Source: a candidate division WOR-3 bacterium
GTDB taxonomy: Bacteria > Hydrothermota > Tepidihabitantia > SM23-42 > JAOAFX01
DNA: 64,000 bases
Assembly: GCA_039802005.1 (NCBI GenBank)
Contig: JBDRVV010000009.1
Location: forward strand, 3,549-67,548
Direction: 5' to 3'
In this document: positions 26,256-34,084 of the stretch, one piece after another
Numbering within the stretch: the stretch's first letter is position 1
Layout: each line of letters begins with the position of its first letter
Program-made: the position numbers and the translations under genes
The notes under the pieces: generated by a model
Told to the model about the DNA's origin: nothing
Database searches by the model: none
What the model saw: the letters and a program-made list of their open reading frames with translations, nothing else

Positions 26256-28265
26256 TTACCGGGTCAGGATGAATTTCTGGGTTATTATAGCATTATCTTT
26301 TTCAAGAACCACAAAATAAATACCATCAGAAAGTGCTTCAGCACGTGGATTCCAGTTGAGTATATTATCACCTTTTTTGATTGATATCTTTGCAACAAGC
26401 CTGCCATTAATGTCAAAAACTTTCAAGTAATTAGTCTTCAGATTGGTAGCATTAATTTCAAATGTTACAACATCCTTCACTGGATTAGGTACGACTTTCA
26501 GTAACCGGCTGTAAGCAACATTCTCTTTTTCTGACTCCTCAACTGGAGTTAGCGGTGTATAAAATCCTTTTACCTTAACAACCTGATTGACATAGGTACC
26601 ACTTATTTGAGCGATTGTTACCCAATAATTTCCATCCCTCGGGTCAAATTCAATTCCACGAATGTTCCAACCATAATTGAGAAGGAATTTTTTGCCTGTG
26701 AATATCGGTGGCGGACCTTGAAATTCAACAACACCGACACTATCAAGTGTCTGGCTTGCATTGAACCAGGTTTGAACATTGACGAAAGAATTGCCCAGTG
26801 AATCATACGCAAGGCAACGGGTATTCAAATATCCCTGAATCGGACTGTTATATTGAGTTGCACTACCAAGCGTATCACCGATATAAATCAGTTGTGTTGC
26901 ACCAAGTGCGGTTCTTCTATCTGCGTACCACATTGTATTAGGTGGTTTAAAAGCAAGACCAACAGGATAATCTTGGGCAGGATTACTGAATTGTCTGAGA
27001 ATTGCACCGGTAGATTTGTTAATCTTCCACACCATTTTCTGGGGATAATTGCAGACATATAGTCGGTCATCATATCTGCTATAGGATATATCAACCACAC
27101 TATCTTCAGGACCGGTAATTACGCCCATATATGTAACAAAACTATCCGAAGAATACTGCCTTATCTGATTGGAGTAAAAGTCAAGGACATATATCCTGTC
27201 GCCCAGTCGGTCATAGGCAAGGCCATAAATGAACTGGGTGCTTGGAAAATTGGGAAGATATTTCGGACCCCAGATAATTGTACCCGGTGCCATACCAACA
27301 CTATAGGAAAAAGTCCTTACCCAGGTTGACTCGGCAGAAGTAAGTACAAGCTGGAATTCAGCAATATGACCCGGTGGTGTTGATGCATGAACAGACAAAT
27401 CATAAGGGTCTGAAATATTATTGGCACTGACCCCTGCGTTCATTGTGCCATAGGTGTAGGTGGAATCGGTGATTGTAATATAAGGAGAAGTAGTTCGCAA
27501 TTTCCCCTGAACATTGGTTGCCGCCACAGTTCCCACATTTTTTATGTAGGTAACTATTCCCGCATTCTCTCCTGGGTCAAGTTTGCCATTGCCATTGTTG
27601 TCGTTTACAACCTTGGTGCTATCTAAGGTCAAAAATGGTTTATTGCTTAAATAAATGAGTTGTACATCATCGGCGAAGACCTTCGCCAGTTGTGCAGCCC
27701 CTCAGCAAGTATGGGCGGTAGTATCATAAAATGCTACTTCAATCTTTTGAACATTTGCTGGATTAACACCTGGTAAATTCTGCAGTTCACTTGCCAAACT
27801 GAATGAATGAGTATGCCATAGAGAATCATTGACCATAATCAAATGACAGGTTGGCGTATTCTGCCATGGACAGGGCGCAGTAAACTGACAAATACGCGTC
27901 TCACCTAACAAAACACCACTTGAATTACGATAGCCAATTATCACTGCGGCGGCCGCAAAAGTCAGGGTATCGGCATTATTATCATAAGCATAAATTTTTG
28001 CCTTAACCGAAAAGGTAACATTATTCACCGATGGAATATCAACAATCTGCCTCACCCGGGCATAGCCACTGCCCGTCTGTTTTTCTACACGCAGCTCATA
28101 ATCAGGGTCTGGTTCATAGGTGGTAGCACGGTCGATGTAGATATAATAACCTGAAGTATCCTTAGTCCACCCTACACTTATATCCTGCTCGAAATCTCCA
28201 TTGGTAATGAGATTCTGAGCAGAAACTGCACTAATAAACAACAGGATTGTTATTATTCCTCTCAT
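26256..28265 (-). CDS. Secreted protein (CBM-like domain, Ig-like domain, beta-propeller-like region, C-terminal sorting-type domain); predicted selenoprotein with Sec at TGA 27704-27702
   Basis: ORFs 27702-28280 and 26256-27632 are in the same frame, separated by one TGA: ...HTC*GAAQLAKVFADDVQL...; SECIS-like hairpin follows; signal peptide only on the first part, sorting domain only on the second; RBS before ATG 28265. Confidence 0.75.
27672..27687 (-). promoter_or_regulatory. Candidate bacterial SECIS element
   Basis: GGCGAA-GGUC-UUCGCC hairpin starting 14 nt after the in-frame UGA, loop 20 nt downstream. Confidence 0.65.
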
Positions 28266-28352
28266 TAAACCCCCTTTCAAACTTTAATTATCAGTTTTTA
28301 TGTTTATTTTTGTTATCCATCACCTCCTTTCTATCTATCTAAATCTCTTACC

Positions 28353-29705
28353 CTATTCTATCTTAACTACCTTGTGGGTACCTGCTTCCGGCAATCGAAT
28401 AAAATAGACACCTGAACGCAATTTTGAACAGTCAAAATAGCCGTTATCGGTGTGGGCAATATTCCTGCCACTGGCATCATATAGATATACAGTTTTTCCT
28501 GAAAATTCTGGGAGCACTATGTCTTTTTTGATAATGCTCGGTATCTTTATTTTTGATATCCCTTCTTGTTCTGTTTCTTCAACCCCAACAATTTCAATAT
28601 CAATATTGCCACGGATATCATACTGTGATGAAATATATTCACTCCAGACATTGAGATAACGATTATTGGCACCGGGAACGACATCAGCATAGTATATATT
28701 ATTTGTTGACGGTGAAATCCTAAACGCTGAACCAACCTGAAGACCGCTGGTATTGTATTTGACACCCCAAAGCTGATAGATACCGCCTACCTGGTACGAA
28801 TAGGTAACGAGATAATTTATCCCGTCAAACACAACGCGCGAAGACTTAAAATAATAAACCGGGGAAGCGATTGTAAATGGACTGCCAATAGGGGTACCCG
28901 TATTTGAAACTAACAGACCTTTCAAAGTGTATGGTGAACTCGTTTCATTCCAGATGACCATGAAATTAGCTCCACTGTATGCGACATCTACATTGTAGAT
29001 AGCTGCTGAAGCACTGGCTAATTGCAAGGTATCGCTCGCCATAGATCCATCTGGATTTACAAAACGTCCATAGACATGATAAGGTGCTGGAGTATAAACG
29101 CCCCAAACCACAAAATATCTCGTCCCGCCCCAGGTGACTGAAGGATAATAGTAGTATTGACTTGTGCCTATTGAAATTTGAATTCCTGTTGGGTCAAGAA
29201 CCGAACCACCGGGTGTAACCCGGGCGCCGTATATCTGATAAATATTGTTCCGATAGTCATGCCAGACTACAAAATAATTGCCACCCCCAAAAGTTATTTC
29301 TGGAGCATATTGAGCAGGTATAGGACCGTCATAATATATATAAAATGCTGAACCTAATGGGTCACAAGTCGGAGTGACACGCACTCCGCGGATATCACCA
29401 TAACTTCAACATCCTTCGCGCCAGACCACCAGAAAGTTTGTTCCATCATATGCTACTGCCGGTGTAAAGCAACTATCCTGAAATTGGAACTTTCCGTTTA
29501 AATCTATTACAGTACCGGTTGCCGAAACCCTTGCCCCGTATAAAGCGTACATATAGGAAGAAGAATTACGATAATCAGTCCAGAAGACATAATATTGATT
29601 GTTGGCAAAGGCAACACAGGGATATACCTCAATTGTATTAAGATTGGTTATAGCAAAATCCGCATTAAAGAGACTTAAGGTTAACATACCAATTATGCAA
29701 GCCAT
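28353..29705 (-). CDS. Secreted repeat (beta-propeller-like) protein with C-terminal sorting-type domain; predicted selenoprotein with Sec at TGA 29408-29406
   Basis: ORFs 29406-29705 and 28353-29384 are in frame across one TGA: VVWREGC*SYGDIRGVRV aligns without gaps to the next repeat VVWHDYRNNIYQIYGARV; AAGGAGG RBS. Confidence 0.78.
29370..29388 (-). promoter_or_regulatory. Candidate bacterial SECIS element
   Basis: CGGAGUG-CGUGU-CACUCCG hairpin starting 17 nt after the in-frame UGA. Confidence 0.65.
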
Positions 29706-29764
29706 AAGACCTCCTTTTAATTCTTTTGTTTCAAAACTCTTTCCGAGGTCATTTCTATGTTAAT

Positions 29765-29792
29765 ATTATATTCATAATTTGAGATTTGTCAA
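29765..29792 (-). promoter_or_regulatory. Sigma70-like promoter TTGACA-N16-TATAAT for the predicted selenoprotein operon
   Basis: Perfect hexamers read directly. Confidence 0.75.
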
Positions 29793-29840
29793 GGGGAAGG
29801 GGTTAGGTGCGAAATACCTTGAGATTTAGACATATTTATC

Positions 29841-29950
29841 CGCAGGCTAAAGCCTGCGACTACCAATTAATTCCATTTTTGTGTTTTGTAGTGGTCGAGC
29901 TTGCTCGACAATTTGCTATTTATTTTTGCGAGGCTAAAGCCTCGCCCTAC
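29841..29950. repeat. Cluster of three GTAG-type REP palindromes
   Basis: GTAGTCGCAGGCTTTAGCCTGCG (-, 29841-29863), GTAGTGGTCGAGCTTGCTCGAC (+, 29888-29909), GTAGGGCGAGGCTTTAGCCTCGC (-, 29928-29950). Confidence 0.8.
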
Positions 29951-29962
29951 ATTATTTATTCT

Positions 29963-32800
29963 CTAATCCATGATATCTTCTGGCAGAAGAAATAATTCTT
30001 CGGGCTCCAGCATTCCCCTACCTTCAATCAGGTCAATGAATTTCTGAGTTTCTTTTTTCAAGACAGGATAATCAGACTTCAAATACCGTCTTACAATTTC
30101 GGTCAGATGTTTTTTGTACTCGGTTGTCTTTTCCTTGTTATCCATTTTTGCGTATATCTTCGCCATTGTTTTTATCATTATGGCAATGTGTTGTTCATTT
30201 TTGGCCTTCTTCAGTTCTGCTTCTACCCTATCCAATGCGTACTTTCCAAGTTGTGCCATTCCTTCCATTGCAGCAATCTTTACAACATAAGAAGAATCGG
30301 TGAGCAGTTTTATTAAGATTGGGACACCGGTGGTATCTTTAATATTCTGCAATGCCTCAGCCACACGCAGTCTCATTCTTTCGTTCTTGTGTCTGTAGTA
30401 TTGATTAAAAATTGGAATCGCAAGGGTATCCTTCAATTTCCCGAGTGTATAGATCAAAACACCAGCAACCTTATCTTCGGGCTTTTTTTCAAGCATTAAT
30501 CTCAATGTATCCTTTGCCTTTGTGTATTCAAGTTGTCCAAATAGATATATGCAATTCCTCACAATTGTATCATTTTCATTATGCAGACCCTGGTATAAAT
30601 AAAAAGCAGCGGTATCCTTGAATGCCTTGAAAACTTCTTCAATCGCCCGCAGTTTGAGACCATCAAATGTCCGCATTTCGTTTTTAAAAATATATTCCAC
30701 TGCCCTTTCTTTGAATTCGTTTATCATGATTCTTCTGCCGGTCTTCGCTTTAGGAATATCCGCCCGGACCTCCCACAAAGAGCCATAATAAAAAAGCCTT
30801 GCCATCTTTGCCGAATCACTTTGCATTGTATCAATTTCGGGAAATGTAGTAATGGTATCTTCCCAGGGTTCTTTTTTGGGTTCCACTGCCTCAAGGTCCA
30901 TTCCTAAGGCATAAGTGCCGGAAGTCCAGATATGATTATTCTTGCCCTTGTCTTTCTCTGCATATCTATCTTCACCCTGCAAATCAATAAACAAACCTAT
31001 CCCACCAGTCCCCCGTGACCAGTTTGCACCACCCTGACTCATTCCTTCCCTTGAACAGTAGTCATCATTACCCCTGGTATCAACAAATATTCCAACAGAG
31101 TTTGTAAGACCTATCCCCTGTCCACCCGATGCATAATATACATCATCACCATCTTTATCTAAAAGCCAGCCAACTGCGACATCGTGTCCTTCACCCTGGG
31201 CAGGACCGAATCTACTAAAATAATGGTCATCACCTTCTAAGTCCACAAGTCCACCAATTGATAAATGAATCCCTGCACCCTGGGAATATTGTGCTGCAGA
31301 ATATAAATCATTTCCCTGTTCATCAAGTAGCATACCGAGTGCAAACCAGTATGAGGTTGCCTGCCCATAAACCTCAGAGATATATTTATCATTCCCAGAA
31401 CAATCATACAAAAATCCAATCCCACCTGATGCTACATCCCGCCAACCAAAACCAAACCCCTGAGCAAATGAACGAAACTGGTCAGGGTCTAAGGGCATAT
31501 GGAGATATTTCCCACCAGCATAATACAAATCATCACCCTCTCTATCATATAATAACCCATAGCCACAGGTACCGCCCATCCCCTGTGCCCAACAATATGA
31601 ATGATAAATGTCATCTTCTTTATAGTCAACTAAAATCCCTGAGCCAAAATTTCCAGCCCCCTGAACAAAGTAACCACCACGAAAATTATCAAAACCATCT
31701 TCGTCAATGAGTATACCGATTCCAAATAATCCTGCACCCTGACTGATATGGAATCCAGTATATGTATCATTCCCGGATATATCCCATAGTATCCCTGCAC
31801 CAAATAAACCAGCACCCTGATTGACAAGTTTGTTATAATTCCTATAGACATCATCTCCAGAAAGGTCAATGACAAAGCTCACTGGAGTATTCAATTCTCC
31901 AACCGCACCGGCACACCGACCAAGATATGTATCATTACCGCCCAGATCAATGATTACTGCAAAATCATTGTAGTAGATATTGTCATCAACACCACCAATA
32001 ACACCCTTAAATCCGCCGGGTAGTTCAAAGGTCTCGTAAACAAATCCCTTGACCCCGGATATCTCTTTGTAAGATAGATTTTCTTGCTTAGATAATTTTT
32101 CAGCAATCGCTTTTATCTTTTCAATTCCTTGGGCAAGAATGATACCAGCACAATGTATTTCACAAATATCTATCTTTTTGGCTAATTTTAATAATTGAAC
32201 AGTTTCAAGCGTGGTGACGGTGTCACGCTCAATTCCAAATTCTTTGTGTAAGGCACCTGCATATCCACGCTCAATAGAATCGGCCTCATCTGCCCAGAGT
32301 GATGGGGCGGTGTAGATTAGACTATCTTTTTGTTCGGGTGTGAGTTTGATAAATGCCTTATCAAGATGTTTTTTTGTGAGGGTATAAACCTCTTTTATTA
32401 AAGTAATAAAATCATCCGATTTAAGTTCTGCAAGGCTAACCTCTGGTTCTGAAAGAACCATCGGTTCTTGAAGAAAGCCTTGCCCTACATTGAATGTCCG
32501 TGATAAATTTTGCCCAATAATCTCTCCAGCACAAAATTTTATATAATCCGATGGGGTTTTTAAATTTTTTATTGTGTTTCCCGAATATAAAACATAATCA
32601 GGAACCGACATTGGTTTATCCATTAAATTTTTAACAACCGAAAGCCGAAAACTATCCTGTATCCAGTGTTTATCATATTCTAAGTCAATTTTTGAAAGAT
32701 TCAAGAGAGCCAAACCTTCAAAAATATATCTCCGCTCTACCTGCCATAAGGTATCAGGTTGTGGTAAGGGCAGGGTCAAAAATAAAATGAATGTGGCCAT
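29963..32800 (-). CDS. Large exported protein with repeated GxGxLxDxxGxDxY units and C-terminal HEAT repeats
   Basis: Signal-like N-terminus; many DxxGxDxY repeats; HEAT-like helices (VRLRVAEAL, VKIAAMEGM). Confidence 0.8.
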   Translation of the reverse strand: MATFILFLTLPLPQPDTLWQVERRYIFEGLALLNLSKIDLEYDKHWIQDSFRLSVVKNLMDKPMSVPDYVLYSGNTIKNLKTPSDYIKFCAGEIIGQNLSRTFNVGQGFLQEPMVLSEPEVSLAELKSDDFITLIKEVYTLTKKHLDKAFIKLTPEQKDSLIYTAPSLWADEADSIERGYAGALHKEFGIERDTVTTLETVQLLKLAKKIDICEIHCAGIILAQGIEKIKAIAEKLSKQENLSYKEISGVKGFVYETFELPGGFKGVIGGVDDNIYYNDFAVIIDLGGNDTYLGRCAGAVGELNTPVSFVIDLSGDDVYRNYNKLVNQGAGLFGAGILWDISGNDTYTGFHISQGAGLFGIGILIDEDGFDNFRGGYFVQGAGNFGSGILVDYKEDDIYHSYCWAQGMGGTCGYGLLYDREGDDLYYAGGKYLHMPLDPDQFRSFAQGFGFGWRDVASGGIGFLYDCSGNDKYISEVYGQATSYWFALGMLLDEQGNDLYSAAQYSQGAGIHLSIGGLVDLEGDDHYFSRFGPAQGEGHDVAVGWLLDKDGDDVYYASGGQGIGLTNSVGIFVDTRGNDDYCSREGMSQGGANWSRGTGGIGLFIDLQGEDRYAEKDKGKNNHIWTSGTYALGMDLEAVEPKKEPWEDTITTFPEIDTMQSDSAKMARLFYYGSLWEVRADIPKAKTGRRIMINEFKERAVEYIFKNEMRTFDGLKLRAIEEVFKAFKDTAAFYLYQGLHNENDTIVRNCIYLFGQLEYTKAKDTLRLMLEKKPEDKVAGVLIYTLGKLKDTLAIPIFNQYYRHKNERMRLRVAEALQNIKDTTGVPILIKLLTDSSYVVKIAAMEGMAQLGKYALDRVEAELKKAKNEQHIAIMIKTMAKIYAKMDNKEKTTEYKKHLTEIVRRYLKSDYPVLKKETQKFIDLIEGRGMLEPEELFLLPEDIMD
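32430..32488 (-). repeat. 59-bp REP-derived element, intragenic copy
   Basis: Identical to 33476-33534; encodes VGQGFLQEPMVLSEPEVSLA within the 945-aa ORF. Confidence 0.85.
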
Positions 32801-32823
32801 GTAACCCCCTTTAGAAAAAAATA

Positions 32824-32965
32824 CCTAAACGCCTAAATTCCTAAATACCTAAATTCAACATCCCTTCTTCACCCTTGTTTACCCTTCTTTTCCTTTTTTT
32901 ACCCTTTTTATCGCCTTCTGCCCTTTAGTCATCTTTCGCCTTTTTGACCTCTTTAGTCCTTTTTC
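32824..32965. repeat. Degenerate short-period tandem repeats (8-mer CCTAAATN, then 9-10-mer ACCCTTNTTT/GCCTTTTT units)
   Basis: Read directly in the intergenic region. Confidence 0.6.
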
Positions 32966-32981
32966 GCCATTTTTGGTGTTT

Positions 32982-33458
32982 TCATTTAAATGTCGCGATC
33001 CAGTCACCAATGAAATGTGTAATTACTATGACCACCACCGCAATCAATAAATGCTCACCAACAATAGACCAGGGATTTGTCTTTTGCTCCCTGCCCATCA
33101 TAAAACTGAAAAGGGAAATCAAAAACAATCCCCAGAGTACACTCACAATGATTGCTGTTGTAAGAGGGAAGATTAAAACCGGAACAAGGAATGTAAGGGC
33201 AAATAAGAATTTGGCAAAAAATGTCATTATCGTTGATTCCCATATCTCTTTTGTAGTATGTTTATTTTCGGACTCTTCAGAAATATGAATACCGAGGGCA
33301 TCAGAAAATGCATCGGCAATTGCAATTGTCAGGATACCACCAATAACCACAATTTTTGAATGGGTTCCTGAATGGAGTCCTACCATTAACCCAAGGGTTG
33401 TTATTATTCCTGATGTTGAGCCAAAACTAAATCCGGTTTTTAATGAATGTTTAAGCAT
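32982..33458 (-). CDS. VIT1/CCC1-family membrane protein
   Basis: FSFGSTSGIIT, IADAFSDALGIHISEESE; AAGGAG RBS before ATG 33458. Confidence 0.8.
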   Translation of the reverse strand: MLKHSLKTGFSFGSTSGIITTLGLMVGLHSGTHSKIVVIGGILTIAIADAFSDALGIHISEESENKHTTKEIWESTIMTFFAKFLFALTFLVPVLIFPLTTAIIVSVLWGLFLISLFSFMMGREQKTNPWSIVGEHLLIAVVVIVITHFIGDWIATFK

Positions 33459-33475
33459 AAATAGCTCCTTTGTTC

Positions 33476-33534
33476 GCAAGGCTAACCTCTGGTTCTGAAA
33501 GAACCATCGGTTCTTGAAGAAAGCCTTGCCCTAC
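33476..33534 (-). repeat. 59-bp REP-derived element, intergenic copy
   Basis: GTAGGGCAAGGCTT-[36 nt]-TAGCCTTGC, identical to 32430-32488. Confidence 0.85.
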
Positions 33535-33569
33535 GGAGAAAATTACTGGAGCCTTGTCCTACATCAATT

Positions 33570-34010
33570 TTATTCTTTCAATTCAGATGTGCAATTAGGG
33601 CAGCGCACTGCTTTTATGGGGATAGCCGTAAAACAAAATGGACATTCCTTGGTCGTCGGGGGTGGAGGTGCTTGGGGTTTAGGTGCAGTCCAGCGATTAA
33701 CCTGCTTAATCATTAAGAACAATGCAAAAGCAACGATTATAAAATTAATTACCGTGTTTAAAAACAGACCATAGTTTATTGTTGGCACACCCGCCTTTTT
33801 TGCTTCAGCAAGGCTCGCAAACGGTTGTCCAGAAAGATTGATGAATAAATTTGAGAAGTCTACTTTATTCAGCAGCAACCCTATAGGCGGCATAATGATA
33901 TCATTCACCAGCGAGTTTACAATCGCGCCAAAGGCACCGCCCATAATAAAACCGACGGCGAGGTCAATGACATTACCCCGCATTGCAAATTTTTTGAATT
34001 CAGAAAACAT
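33570..34010 (-). CDS. mscL: Large-conductance mechanosensitive channel
   Basis: [35 protein letters not shown]; C-terminal CPFC...CPNC extension. Confidence 0.96.
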   Translation of the reverse strand: MFSEFKKFAMRGNVIDLAVGFIMGGAFGAIVNSLVNDIIMPPIGLLLNKVDFSNLFINLSGQPFASLAEAKKAGVPTINYGLFLNTVINFIIVAFALFLMIKQVNRWTAPKPQAPPPPTTKECPFCFTAIPIKAVRCPNCTSELKE

Positions 34011-34036
34011 AGAACCTCCTTGGAATTTAAACTACA

Positions 34037-34065
34037 AAAAGGGGAGGTATTATACCTCCCCTTTT
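34037..34065. terminator. Rho-independent terminator
   Basis: AAAAGGGGAGGTAT-T-ATACCTCCCCTTTT perfect hairpin downstream of the OmpA-like gene. Confidence 0.85.
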
Positions 34066-34084
34066 GTAAAATATGAGTGGATTA

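Noticed and set aside
27632-29384. ORF-track starts at TTG 27632 and GTG 29384 as independent genes
   Set aside because: No RBS, no signal peptide, mid-domain positions, and in frame with upstream ORFs across a single TGA
26256-29705. Genome-wide reassignment of TGA (code 4 or 25) as the reason for the in-frame stops
   Set aside because: TGA ends intact genes at expected positions (hdrC 6675-6677 in an ATGA overlap, the enolase fusion at 20929-20931, the small ORF at 24969-24971 abutting the next ATG), and TGG is used for Trp
32430-33534. CRISPR array
   Set aside because: Only two copies about 1 kb apart, no regular spacers, no cas genes; the sequence is REP-derived
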